64,000 bases of DNA from Rhodosorus marinus CCMP1338 (Eukaryota > Plantae > Rhodophyta). A program made the position numbers and the translations under genes. Position 1 is the first letter of the stretch; each line of letters starts with the position of its first letter. The notes under the pieces were generated by a model. The model was not told where the DNA came from and did no database searches. It worked only from the letters and a program-made list of their open reading frames with translations. Below, piece by piece: positions 39,729 to 51,889 of this stretch. The stretch covers positions 1-64,000 of the forward strand of contig JAMWBK010000004.1 of the NCBI GenBank assembly GCA_029953675.1. Direction: 5' to 3'.

Positions 39729-42500
39729 ATGCAGAGGAAGGCAGAGGCAAAAATGAAAGAAAGGGCAAGTTTTATGTGGGTGGTTGCGGTGGTAGTGGTG
39801 CTGCTCTATGGAGTAGCAGGGCTTCCGATCAGTTGTCCAGGTCAACGGGACGCTGCGCTTTCTCAGGTGGCGATTCCGGATGAGATGGTCTCGAGCCGCC
39901 AGGCGAACTGTGTTCAGGTAGCCCCGCTGCCGGCTAGTGCGGAGATGAAGGCTGCGCTTGGGCAGAACTGTTTAGCAGTGACCGACGCGGCGACAATTTT
40001 TACAGGAGTTTTCAAAGACATATTGAAAGACATCGGTTCTGTGGACAAAAATGCTCTAAAGATCATTGACAACATTCTCAAGCCGATCGAAGTTGCCATT
40101 AAGATCAAGATCCAGTACATGTTCGATGAAGCGAACGACAACATCTGTCTTGGCAACTTCATGGGTGGAGACTTGAAGCCAGAGATCGAGCTCGACCGAA
40201 GCCCGATGATGTACAACAAATGCAAAGACATGCCAGTTTCCAAGTACGACGAGTGGTCTATATTCGCGTTTGCACTCACCGCGCCCAACCCGATGTGCCT
40301 CACAGAGAAAGGTACCGCGGCATTCTGCTTTGGCGTGAGTGTCTGTCAGAAGACGGGGCTCCCGAGCGTCGCCTTCCTCATCAACAGCGTCGCCCAAGCC
40401 TGCTTTGGAGAGAACGTTTCTATGACTGACGGTGGGGTCAGTGCCGCGGGGAGCAAGCTCTTCAGCTACGGCCTTGACTATATCTCTTACGGCATCTCGC
40501 TCAGCCAAGGTCTGGCAACCAAGTTAACTGTCTATACAGCTAGTGACAAGTCCAGCGTCAGGTTCATCACTTACGCAATTAAGGGCAACTACTACGATGC
40601 GGTGAAGGTCAAGGTCAAGCTGGAGAAGTTCAGTCTTCCAGCCTTCCTGGACCTCAGCGGCACCAGTACACGGATTTTATCTGTGAATGGCCTCCAGGAC
40701 ATCGACTTTAGCAGCGCGATCGCCTCCTTTCCCGGTGGAGAGGACTCGGATGGCTTCTCAAACGATATACTCGACTTCTTCGAGTCGTTCACCAACGTAA
40801 GGATACAGGCGGCGCAGATCTACAAGCTGAAGCTCAAGTTCAAGTTCTCCAAGCTCAAGATCGGTAAAATCCTGCCGGACTCCAACTCGATGACTATCGC
40901 GGAGGCTAACGTGTTCTTGACAACTCACAAAATTCAGCCAAGCCCTTACTACGAGGAAGACGGCGTGGTTCTTCCCGCGGGCTTCTACATGTACATAGGA
41001 AGCGATGCCATCGCGTCGATTATGAAGGGCATGATCACCTACTTCCTCCAGTTCACTTCGAGTACGCTCAACCTCCTCGGAAGTTGGGCACCGTTCAATT
41101 TTGACGCCAAAGAGCTTGTCGACAAGCTCAAATTCGACACGGAGGATGGCTTCGCTATGGGGCTCACCGCCAACGTAGAGCAATTTGGTATGGTCATGCA
41201 CATTCCACTAATCATCAAGGAGCTCGGCTACATCACGCTGGAGTGCCGAAGCGACTACAACAGCTTCAAGTGCAGGGTTGAGTCTGGATTCAACGTCAAG
41301 TTCTTCGTCGCCGCCGCCAAGGAGATCGCTTCCGGGACGATGTGGGTGATCAACGAGAGCGATAGTTTCTTCAATGAGGTCGGGAGAGTGCTTAGTATCG
41401 GCTTTGACGACGGCATCGATGAACTCGAGTCCGTGTTCTCCGAGAGTAACGTGAAGAAAACGGCCAACATGATCGGGAACGGTGTGCTTGACGTCGGCAA
41501 CGACGCCGTGGATGAGTTCAAGAGCTGGGGGAGATGGTGCAAGACGGTCTACAACGATGTTGAGGATATACTCTCAGCGAAGGTCAATCAAGGCGTAAAG
41601 ACTGTGGCGAGTACCGGGAAAAAGGCCGTCGACGAAGCTTACGAAGCGCTGAAGAAAGCCAAGGATGCGATAGAGGATACATATAACTCAGTAGGGAATG
41701 AACTTACATGCACTATAGGCCAAGTGGAGGCGAGCACAAGTAAGGAGAAGAGTAGCAGCGTTAAGGAGAAGAGTAGCAGCTTTAAGAAGAAGCGTAGGCT
41801 CACCTGCACAGCTATTGATGTAATCGCTGACGCGTACAACACCGCCGAGCGAAACGTTGCAAAAGGTTGGGAAACTATCCGATCGGGCACGATCAAATAT
41901 ACCCAAGTAGTTGGGGATGCGTTCTACTCCAAGAAGGTCTCATACAGCTACAAGACGCTGGATCCGGCACAGTACGATGTTTTCAATTGTAGACTGCGAA
42001 AGGTCTACAAGGTGAAGAAGAAGCAGGTCCTCGGAAAGACCGTGAACAAGGACAAGAAGTATATCGGCGACGAGCCAGAGGAGGAATGTGTCAAGGGGAA
42101 GTATCAAAAGACCGTTGATGCGCTTCTTCAGCAGGAGGATCTCGATGAGCTTCAGGATCGCTATGACGAAGTGATGGCTGAGAATGCTGATGCGCTCTTC
42201 GCCTCGGAGATGACTGTCGAGGATCTCATCAACGACGGCGGGTTTGAATGCACCAGCGAACTGAGCAGGGACAACCCCTCGCCCGACTCGGAGATGATGG
42301 GCGTGAGAGTGGTATGTAGCGCTAGGTCAATCGGCAATGACGGATCCTTCTCCGGACCATTCGTTTCGATTTCTAGAAGCGGTGAAGTCGACAACTCCGA
42401 CTACATCGCCCGGGAGGACGCCATCGAAGCTCTGTACGAGCTAGTTAAAGAGGAGCTCGTGCAATCGATGACACCGTACATGTTGAAAGCGAAAGCATAG
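39729..42500 (+). CDS. Uncharacterised 923-aa protein, predicted secreted, apparently intronless
   Basis: Long ORF with strong C/G-ending codon bias. Hydrophobic N-terminus WVVAVVVVLLYGVAG and Cys-rich N-terminal region. No family recognised. Confidence 0.85.
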   Translation: MQRKAEAKMKERASFMWVVAVVVVLLYGVAGLPISCPGQRDAALSQVAIPDEMVSSRQANCVQVAPLPASAEMKAALGQNCLAVTDAATIFTGVFKDILKDIGSVDKNALKIIDNILKPIEVAIKIKIQYMFDEANDNICLGNFMGGDLKPEIELDRSPMMYNKCKDMPVSKYDEWSIFAFALTAPNPMCLTEKGTAAFCFGVSVCQKTGLPSVAFLINSVAQACFGENVSMTDGGVSAAGSKLFSYGLDYISYGISLSQGLATKLTVYTASDKSSVRFITYAIKGNYYDAVKVKVKLEKFSLPAFLDLSGTSTRILSVNGLQDIDFSSAIASFPGGEDSDGFSNDILDFFESFTNVRIQAAQIYKLKLKFKFSKLKIGKILPDSNSMTIAEANVFLTTHKIQPSPYYEEDGVVLPAGFYMYIGSDAIASIMKGMITYFLQFTSSTLNLLGSWAPFNFDAKELVDKLKFDTEDGFAMGLTANVEQFGMVMHIPLIIKELGYITLECRSDYNSFKCRVESGFNVKFFVAAAKEIASGTMWVINESDSFFNEVGRVLSIGFDDGIDELESVFSESNVKKTANMIGNGVLDVGNDAVDEFKSWGRWCKTVYNDVEDILSAKVNQGVKTVASTGKKAVDEAYEALKKAKDAIEDTYNSVGNELTCTIGQVEASTSKEKSSSVKEKSSSFKKKRRLTCTAIDVIADAYNTAERNVAKGWETIRSGTIKYTQVVGDAFYSKKVSYSYKTLDPAQYDVFNCRLRKVYKVKKKQVLGKTVNKDKKYIGDEPEEECVKGKYQKTVDALLQQEDLDELQDRYDEVMAENADALFASEMTVEDLINDGGFECTSELSRDNPSPDSEMMGVRVVCSARSIGNDGSFSGPFVSISRSGEVDNSDYIAREDAIEALYELVKEELVQSMTPYMLKAKA

Positions 42501-42649
42501 ACAAGCTAGTAAAACTTTAGGCTCGTAATTCAAACGAACCACTCTCACTTCGCCGAAGGACCCGCCGTGCGAGAAATTTGTGCAAAATGAGCTATTGTCT
42601 CCTGTTTTCGACTTCGAAAATCTGACTAAGGTCCCACAACGGGACGGAC

Positions 42650-44440
42650 TATCCCAACTGCCAATCAGGTCAACTGGCCGACGCCGGTGGTCAATTTGGT
42701 TCTGTCACGCTGCGTGGATGGTGAGCACTATACCACGAATGCACGGCTGCCCTGATGTGAACCGCGCTCAGACTCGCCGATATACGACGCTCGGCGACGG
42801 ACCGAGACGGTTGCCCCCAGGCGGAGGGCGGCAGAGCTGAATTGGGCGCTTGCCATTGGACATATGACCGCGAGGTCCACATATGCTGAGCGCCTGGCAA
42901 CGGGGTCAGAGACCAGGAGATCTGCGATGCAGCGGTGGGTCCGTTGTGGCCGAAACTGATCTGAACATTTCCGATTGGCTAGTAACCCGCGATCCATACC
43001 CTGCGCAAAAATATTCATGTTCGGACATCTGCTCCCCATAGAAAAAAGTTTCTACATCGCTCTCGGGCCTCTTTAACCTAGAACCTCCTGTTTTCCTTGC
43101 GTATATTGAATGAATTGTTTAATGGTTTTAATGGATTTATTGGGTTTATTGGGTTTATTGGGTTTATTGGCTTTACTACTGGCTTTATTACGGGCTTTAT
43201 TACGGGCTTTATTACGGGCTTTATTACGGGCTTTATTAGCTGGCTTCAAGCGCTACACAAAGCGTGAAAAGGAACTAAGAACTAGGTAGGAAAGTATGCA
43301 AACCCAGGCGCCGATGGCGCGCCTCTGCAAGCATGCTGCTCAAATATCACCACAGAGAGACACTTAAACGCCGAAAAGCTCCAAGTATTCAACCGGATGC
43401 TCAGTAAAACATTTCCGCAACCACTCCAAACCCGAGTTCTCCACGTGACCAAAGCTTTCCACAATGAAAGGCTGGAACCGGTGGGAGCGACCCTCAGCGC
43501 GAGGCAGACTGGCCATACTCTCAGCATACCGTCGTTCCTTCACTCGGCGAAGGGCCGAAGCAGCTGCTCCCCGACGGCGGCCGGCAGCCGTGAGATGCGT
43601 GCTTGCCACAGGGCATGTAATCGCGAGGTCAACGTATGCTGAGCGTCTGGGGGCAGCATCGGAGACGAGGAGATCTGCGATACAGCTGGGCGGTGCCCTA
43701 TCCGAGACCGATCTGGGTAGTTCCGATTCCACCTCAACCGTATGACCTACCCGAGTCAAACATTCGCTGAGGATGTACTTGAAGCGAATGTGACGCCTTG
43801 TACGAAGGCCTCTCAAGAGCCCGCATAAGCCCAAGAAGTTGTAGCCACAAGCGCCGATCCGACTCTCACATCCCTGACAGAAATATGGCGGATTAGAATA
43901 CCACGGAGCTTGTGGCAAACCCAGGAGGATCCCCGCGCCAGAGCGAAACTGGTATCGAGACGGTGACCCAGTGACAGCAGAGTTGTTAACCACAAATGCG
44001 ATAGATGGCCTCCAATGCCGCGGAGGTGAGCGGCGGTGGTAGGCGGGTGTGAGGGGAGATTTGGGCAAAAATTGCGTGAGCGGCACTGTGTTGGCCCCAG
44101 GTGAGGCTATGTTGAACAAAATCAGTGCGCGAACTCCACAATCGGTTCAAACCCGGGTAATCTGGCAAAAGTGACCCGGGGCTGGCTTCCTCCTCGTCTG
44201 CGAGTGCTCTGTCGATGGGAGAGTCCTCGATTGGCTCAGTATGTCCCCATAACAGCTCCCTCCAGGAGCGAAACCTGGACCGATTCTCGTTCAGGGCGGC
44301 GTTGAACCTACTGAACGCCCGCTGCAGAGCATCATGGATAATCAAGAGCGGTGGCGGAAGGGTCACGGGGTCCTCTCTAGTCAGTTCTCGAGTCAAAAGG
44401 CAGGCCCTTTGCATCCGAAAGCTCACTAAGGTACGAAGTG
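42650..44440 (-). mobile_element. Two degenerate family F 3' segments (42650-43020; 43110-44440 with compound repeat tail)
   Basis: CIADLLVSD..YVDLAI motifs. Tail (AATAAACCC)n and (CCGTAATAAAGC)n at 43130-43240. Confidence 0.82.
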
Positions 44441-47400
44441 GTTTTGGAGTTTTTTGTTTTCTTTGGGGGTTTGAGTTGGTTTTCGGTTGCGATTGGAGTC
44501 GTGTTCGGTCGGGTCCGAGAGTGTTCCTCGTTGCGGGCGCACGATCCGGGTTTTCGGTCTGAGGCGCTGGTTTGTTCGAGTTTTTTTGGTCGGGTTCCTT
44601 CGTGAAACTGCTGTTCAAAACATTCTTCCGTGATAGCCGGGGTCCCTCCGCGCTACAATCCTGAGGGTCCGGAGATCGCGCGGGCGGAGGTGTCTACTGA
44701 GAGTGGACACAGACTGTCTCTTCGCGCGGGCCCTTTCTCCACGCACGTGGAGTTGCAGGGCGGCTATGGTACGAAAGTGCGTGCCCTGCTCTCTGTTGTA
44801 ACAAGGCTGATTACGGCCGCGGGCAATTGAGGCGTCATTCCTCAGCTCACCCAGAAGCTAAGGGGGCTGGAATCGGGTCTCCTGGCGAGGGAAAATTCAA
44901 ATTCGGGTGAGAATTTGAATTCCAGCCGGGTGGCCAAGTTGGCGGAAGACAGTCAACTTCCCCAGGTCAATCAACAACCTGTCTCGGGACAGCCGAGGCC
45001 TGGATCTGCAGGTGACAAAGGTGGTTCCGCGGCTGGCGCCTCTTCGGAGAAGTGCCCAGAGCTGCCTAATCCTTCGAATGTTCCCTCAGCTGGAGCGGAC
45101 TTTCCCGTCCTGGGCCAGCCCTCAGGTGGGCGACAGCCCAGGCCCAGGCGGGGGCATGCGGTGGTCCCAGGGGGGGCCCGCCTTACGTCTCAGTTTTGCG
45201 GAAGGGTACCACAGCCGCACGGACGGCTGCTATAGGGAGATTTTTGCCCTCTCGCGAGCAGCAGGGCGGACCTGCGGCGACTACTTTGCAATTCCTCTGG
45301 GTGCGCAGCGTTCGGCCCCAGACTACACGGGGCCAGGTCCCGTCCATGCGAGATTTTTCGAGATACTTTTGCGAAGTCTTTGGGGTGTAGCCGCGAAGAC
45401 TTCATCTTCGCAAATTATGAGGGTCGCGATGTCCTCTTTGTGGTCACTGCAACCGCTCCATGGACCCGACTTTACTAGCATGTACCTGCAGGCCCTGCTG
45501 GAGAAGCCTACCGAGCAGTGGCCTGAGAGCGCTCGCTGGTTGCGTTCTCAACCCCAGGTCGCATATATTTCGGGTTCGACCGTTTTTCGGGCATTTTCCT
45601 CTCTCCCGGAGAAACAGCAGGCCTATCTCAGCACGAGACCAGTGTGAAAGCTGCAGCCATCCATTGGCTTCGCATTCATCGCATGGAGCGGATACTTTTG
45701 GAGCGTATTGGGTCGGGTCCACACCATCTGCGCGCAGCCGCCTCTACCTTTTTTCACCGAGAGAGGCACTTTGTGCTGACCTCAAGTCACAAGGCAGAGC
45801 TACGGAGTTTGGGAGCATAGAGAGCTTCACTCCAAGCACCACTTCCAGTGCGAGTGGCGAGGAAGGGGAGCCGGAGGGCATGTCGGTCGAGAACGGCCCT
45901 TTTACTTTGTTGAATCCCGGGGAAACCATCCCGCGAGCCTCGCGGAGTGGCCGGTTGACCAGTTCGGTGAGGTTGGGAGGCAAGCGCGCGAGGACCGACT
46001 CCCCCGGGTCTAAGAGGGAGAAGCACGATTCGCTCCCCGGGCACGGCTGCGAGGTCGCAGCCAATGGACCTGCAGTCTTATGTCCTGAAGGAGGGCGGAG
46101 ACTGGGGCTTCTGGCGCGCGCGCCTGCGGAGTTGGCTCCGGCGATGGATTTCTTTGGAAGGAGGCTACCTACCCATCCGGAGAAGGATTCCGCCTCTTGT
46201 CTTCCCTCGAGGAAAGCTCTCCATGGCTGGGACAATCCTGGATTTTATCTTCCAGAGTCTGGCGCGTAATCAACGGGACGTCGCTGTGTGGAAATTTTTG
46301 GGGGTCACGCCGCGCCTGATTCTGGCACCCGCTCACACATCGGAGCGCAGATGGCGCGTCCGAGAACGACTGGCCATGTTCCTGAAGGGGGAATTTGAGG
46401 TGTAGCACAGCAGAGCTACTTGATGTCATACGAGGCATCCGGCCGGAGGACTCGTGCTGGGACAGCCTCGCCTGGGACGACTCGAGTGCAGAAATTGGTG
46501 GCGGTTGGCGACCTGAATCGAGCTGCACGGGTCTTGGAGGGCGAGGTGCCTGTCCTCCCCTACGACGAGAGCCTCGACCAGACTGTGTCGGCGTGGTTTC
46601 CCTCGTGCGACGTGGACTTCCTCCCCGAATTCGAGGCATTTTTAGACCGTCCAGAGTTGGCCAGGTTCCGCATCCACCTGACGCTCTGTGAGTCTGATCT
46701 GGAGGATTTGCTCCGGACTCCCGGCGTGGACGCTGCCCTGGACCCTCAGGGCTACGAACGGAATTACTCCAGGCCTTGAGCAAGCCTGGCCGGAGCGTAC
46801 CGGTGAAGATCCTGAATACGCTGTTCCAGGGTGCCGGGGTGCGTCTGCCCCTTGGGACCATCTGCGACGGGCACAGCTTTGCTTGCTAACGAAACCCGAC
46901 CACGAGCCGGCACACCCGCGTCTCCGGCCGATCGGCATGGTCGAGAGTCTACGGAAGCTCGCCGGGGAGGTGGCTATGCCAGCGAAGCGACTACGCCAGC
47001 GATTCACCGCTTTTATGGCGCCTTGGCAGGTAGGGGTGTGATTTTCCGGGGATTGCGAACTGATCACTCATGCGATCGAGCTGGAGCGAGCCAGTAGGCC
47101 GGATTGGGGCGTTTTGGTGGTTGACTTCCGTAACGCGTTCAACAGCGTCTCGCGGACGCATGCTTTGGAGGTGATTCGATGTGTATTCCCAGAGGCGTGG
47201 CCGTTCCTATCCGGTATTTACGGAGGGGGGAGCCTCCTCTTACTTAACAACGCAGGGCTGGCGTTGAACAGGGTGATCCTTGTGGGCCTGTACCTCACGC
47301 CTGTGCCTTGCATCTCGTGCTCCAGCGACTGGCGGCTGAGGTGCCGGAGCTTCGCATCTGTGCCTACCATGACGACGTGACGTTGCTGGGCACCCCTGAG

Positions 47401-47700
47401 AACTTGGCTCGGGGATTGACCCAGATCGAAGCAATCGGACGTGGAGTAGGTCCGACCGTGGAACCCGAAAAATGCCGTTTTCTCGCCCCGCGTGAAGTTT
47501 CGAGGGGCTCCCTGCCAACTAGTCTCCGAGCCTTTGGTGAACGTGCGGGGCTCGAGCATCATGGCGTCGGTTTGAGGAGTGAAAACTTTCTCCAAGACTC
47601 TTGCGAACGAGTTTTAGCACGCCATAAGCAGCTCACCGACGCCATTGAGCGCCTACCGGACAGCATACTCCAATCGGCATGCCTGCTTTCTCGCTTTTGT
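44440..47700 (+). mobile_element. Family F 5' two-thirds (leader, ORF1-like region, RT), frameshifted, cut by telomeric sequence
   Basis: RPIGMVESLRK, VDFRNAFNSVSR and AYHDDVTLLG. The 5' region is homologous to 61560-62900 in reverse complement. Confidence 0.78.
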
Positions 47701-47998
47701 CTGGGGGTTACGTTAGTCTGTGGGACCAGCCTGGGGTTTTTCTTTTTGGACTTTGGAGTTTATCGTGGCGATAAAGTTACACTTTGATTCTTTCTACGAA
47801 CGCTTATCGAGTGATATGACTACTCTCGAGCCCGTGCCTCCGGATGGGGGGGGCTTTTCCGTAGACGCAACAATGGAAGACCTCCCGGCCGTTAGCCTGG
47901 GGGCAGACGGACCCGAGCCTCTGCCAGTACCTGTTTCTGAGCCTGCAACTACATCTGCACTTGACAACGACGTACCTACTCCCTTGGCAATTGACCTG
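47699..47998 (+). mobile_element. Internal G-strand telomeric tract (47699-47720) followed by a family B 5' end (47746-47998)
   Basis: GTCTGGGGGTTACGTTAGTCTG, then TTGGACTTTGGAGTTTATCG...MTTLEPVPPDGGG, matching 25098-24850 in reverse complement. Confidence 0.85.
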
Positions 47999-48650
47999 GA
48001 TGTGAGAGTCGGATTGATGGTTGTGGTTACCATTACTTAGGTTCATGCGGACTGTTGAGAGGTCTTCGTACGAGGCGTCACACTCGCTTCAAGTACATCC
48101 TCAGCGAATGTTTGACTCGGGTAGGGCATACGGTTGAGGTGGAATCGGAACTACCCAGATCGGTCTCGGATAGGGCACCGCCCCGCTGTATCGCAGATCT
48201 CCTCGTCTCCGATGCTGCCGCCAGACGCTCAGCATATGTTGACCTCGCGATTACATGCCCTGTGGCAAGCGCCCATCTGACGGCTGCCGCCCCCCGCCGG
48301 GGAGCAGCTGCTTCGGCCCTTCGCCGAGTGAAGGAACGACGGTATGCTGAGAGTATGACCAGCCTGCCATGCGCTGAGGGTCGTTCCCACAGGTTTTAGC
48401 CTTTCGCTATGGAAACCTTTGGCCTCTTGGATACGTCGGGTTTGGATCGGTTGCGGAAATGTTTTGCTGAGCATCCGGTTGAATACTTGGAGCTTTTGCG
48501 GCGTTTAAGTGTCTCTCTGTGGCGATATTGGAGCAGCATGCTGGCCGAGGCGCGCCATCGGCGCCTGGGTTTGCACGCGTCCCTACCTAGTTCTTAGTTC
48601 CTTTTCACGCTTTGTGTAGCGCTTTAGGCTATGCCAATAAAGCCGATAGC
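47999..48650 (+). mobile_element. Family F 3' segment (knuckle, RLE, 3' UTR)
   Basis: ORF 48055..48399 and 3' UTR match 60830-61470. Confidence 0.85.
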
Positions 48651-48999
48651 AGTAAGTAAGGGCGAATAAAACCACATCAAGTTAAGCAAACCCCTCTCCA
48701 CTCCGGCCATTCTCCCCCGCCTTTTCCAATCAATAAGAAGTCCAAACCCCTGGCTTTTCTATAGACGGTTGGAGAATCTATCTTAAATATCAGAATAATT
48801 TACGTTGATGGGAAGTTCTTGGATAGACTATCACTCCCCTCCCTTCCCCCCTTTTTTTCGTCCATAGAATGAGCGGGTTATTTCGAAGCGCAAAGGTTTT
48901 TTGACGGAGCTTGGGGGTGCCGAATACTTTGTTTTTGGATTGGTTTTTGAGGATCGTGGTCGAGGGGGGGTTTTTGTCAATTGAGCCATTCCGTAGCCA

Positions 49000-49255
49000 C
49001 TCCATAAGGCTCAAGCGAAAGTCAACAAGTACCGCACCGCCGTTGACGACCCAGAGGACTTCATCCCGATAGCCCTCGAGACCTATGGAAGACGTGCGAC
49101 TCGAAAGATGCCAGACCTTTGTCGGCGCACGAGGCACCTCGAACCGCAGCGCCCTCAATAGAGCTATAGCCGCGATGAACCGCACGCTGTGAAGAGGCAA
49201 TGCCTGGGTTGCCCTTAATAGCCGGGAGAGTGACGAGTGTATTAGGTAGCTGGTG
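49000..49255 (+). mobile_element. Old RLE C-terminal relic of a further family
   Basis: Translates HKAQAKVNKYRTAVDDPEDFIPIALETYGR; followed by ATTAGGTAGCTG, which resembles the telomeric-family 3' hairpin. Confidence 0.55.
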
Positions 49256-49547
49256 TTATAGTAGATCAATATCTACTAGTCGTCACATGTTTGTAACTCC
49301 TCTTTCCATTTCGTAACACACACATCCGGGGTGGTTAGTTTCACAGAGAAATCCACAAGGTTTTGAATGTTCTAGATGGCCAAACAGTTATTTGCGAAGA
49401 GAGGTTTGGAACTAGCGAGATCGACTCTGCCCTCCCCTCTTCCCACACCCACCACCACCCCAAGCGGGAGATTCACCTTGCCACTATGTCCAACCTTTCA
49501 CCATCACGTCCAACCCTTCCACCGTATCGTAGAAACCTTCTACGTAT

Positions 49548-49947
49548 AGCCTCCCACCGTATCTGTATCGACCTTCTACTTGTAGCCTTCCACCGTATCG
49601 TAGATACCTTCTACATCTATCCTTCTATGTGGACCGGCAAAGGCAATACTCAATACGTGTTGACGTCAACTGTTCACAAAAAAACACGCTTTTAAGGTTT
49701 GTTATCAGTTGATTCGACCAATGGATTTAGGACGGTTCGGGTTTGTGAGCCTTCCACCGTATCTGTATCGACCTTCTACTTGTAGCCTTCCACCGTATCG
49801 TAGATACCTTCTACATCTATTCCTTCTATGTGGACCTTCAAAGGCAATACTCAATACGTGTTGACGTCAACTGTTCACAAAAAAAAACGCTTTTAAGGTT
49901 TGTTATCGGTTGATTTGATCAATGGATTTAGGACGGTTCGGTTTTGT
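49548..49947. repeat. 200-bp tandem duplication with internal CCTTCCACCGTATC subrepeats
   Basis: 49548-49747 is nearly identical to 49748-49947. Confidence 0.85.
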
Positions 49948-51889
49948 GCCTACTCTCTATTTATATCGTAATAATTGTTTTAAAATAGTTCATATTTCAT
50001 TTCCACCAGCCAGTTAAACGGTCGGTGATGTCCCCACCGCAACTATTTGCTTTTCCTTCGTTTTTCTTTGGACCAATTTTTTTCTTTTTCACCCCCTTGT
50101 CCGTGCCCCACCGGTGCGATATTTCATCTTAAAAATTGACGCTTTGGGAATCACCCCAGCGCGGCGTTTATTTATTAAATATATACTATTTTCGGATGCG
50201 ATTTAGGTTTTGAATATTCAGGAAAATACCATTAAACCGATGTGTGGATATGAAATTTAGTTGAATCAATAGTTTTATTCGATAGTTTTGTCGATATCAC
50301 GAGCTATTGAGGACCACAGCGCGACTTTTGAGAGATTCGAACGAATGGTTTAATCGGAGGCTGAAAAAAAAACTGCGAGGGGAAAAAAAGACTAAGCGCG
50401 CCGAAGTACTCGCGCCTCCAACAGAGATTGAGGTTACGAGGACGTCGTCGTCGAGCCAGGACCCGTCAACGAAGACCTGCCGCATCGAGCACCGAACGCT
50501 GAAGGGTTCTATTGATCGCGGACGGTGGATTTCTTGGGTTTCTTACTTGGTTTTCGTGGGAAGTGCTTGGTGAATTTGTGGGTCTTCGTCCTCTTCGGTG
50601 GTCGTTGCTTCTTATGGGTGACGTTCCCCCCGGTTCCCCCTGGGAGTGGTGTATTTTGGTGGGTTTCTGCCGTTATCGGGAGTGCTGCTGGAACTTTTCT
50701 ACCGTTTCAGTTCTTTTTGGAGGGTTTTCTTGCGGGAGTGTACCGGTGTATGCCTGCGCCAGGGGTTTTAATTCTTCATACCCCTTCCCGGCGTCCCTTT
50801 GGGTCACATCTTCTGATGGCCTTACCTGACGCCCCAGTCCTGACCATGGAATTCCGACTTAGGCGTTTTGGCACACTTGCGGAGTTGCCTGGGTGCTCCC
50901 AAGCCTCTGCGAAAGCCTTGGTCGTTCATCCTGCTCGAGCTGTCGCTGCCGCCGCTGATGCCAACCTCCTCCCGGAGCTGACATCATCCCTCGCTCCCTT
51001 TGCTGCCACCCGGTGCCATGGCCCGCCGCCTGCTGTCCCATCTGAGCCTGTCCCACATGGGACAACTGACGTTCCGACAGCTGTCTCAAGGACAGCTGTC
51101 GGGAAAACAAAGAGATTGAAGAGGGTCTCGGCGTTCGTGGAATATTTCACTAAAGGCCAACGAGGCCCATTGCAGAGTCCATAAACCCAAAGGATTCGAT
51201 TATTAAAGGATATGGTGTCGCATTTCGAGGCGTTTTATGCTAGGGATTCCTTGGATCTTGCAAAAATCCCTCCATAGTGCTCCATAGTATGGATATAGAG
51301 AGAAGGGCGAGAGTTGATCGTTGGGATGCGCGCCTGGGGGATTTTAGATACCCGTCAACGGGAGTCTAGTGCAAGCTCCTGGGTGAAGAATTCGGGCTAA
51401 TCAGCTCACTCTTCTATCGGTGTCGGTCACTTATCCAGGGTTTCGCGCAGGTAGCATGGCCTTTTGCTCCTCAACTGGTTGCTGCTCTTAGATGCTTCGG
51501 GTTTGAGACGGGGGATGAGGCTCGCCAGCATAGAAAATTGGAATAAGTTGGGTTCGCGTTTCAGGAGATATTGGTAGTGGAGTGTTCTATTTTGGAATGC
51601 GGGCTCATGCAAGGATTTATGCCTCTGGTACAGTTGTGAAGGTCTTTTGACTTTCGGGTCCGATGTCTGCTGTGCTGTCGATCGGATGTCGTAGGGAGGC
51701 GAGCATCTTGGGTGAAGGCTGAGAGGATTGAAAGCATAGGTGGTGCGTTTTGTTCGTGGACAGTGGCCCTGCACGCACGGGTATCATAAAAAGTTTAGAA
51801 AGCTGTGCAGCACGTTAGCGAAAGTTCTTACAAAGCTGAGCTGTGAATTGAGCAGTGCAAGTATTTTTTCGGCAGTCACGCCTTCGTTT

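Noticed and set aside
46040-46110. Stop-start coupling in family F at the putative ORF2 ATG (46064)
   Set aside because: No overlapping stop in either degenerate copy (46064, ~61608); F's ORF organisation cannot be resolved here.
50525-51184. 219-aa ORF; also 63034-63390 and many 60-160-aa track ORFs
   Set aside because: No recognisable motifs or codon signal. Most overlap retroelements on the opposite strand or in another frame.
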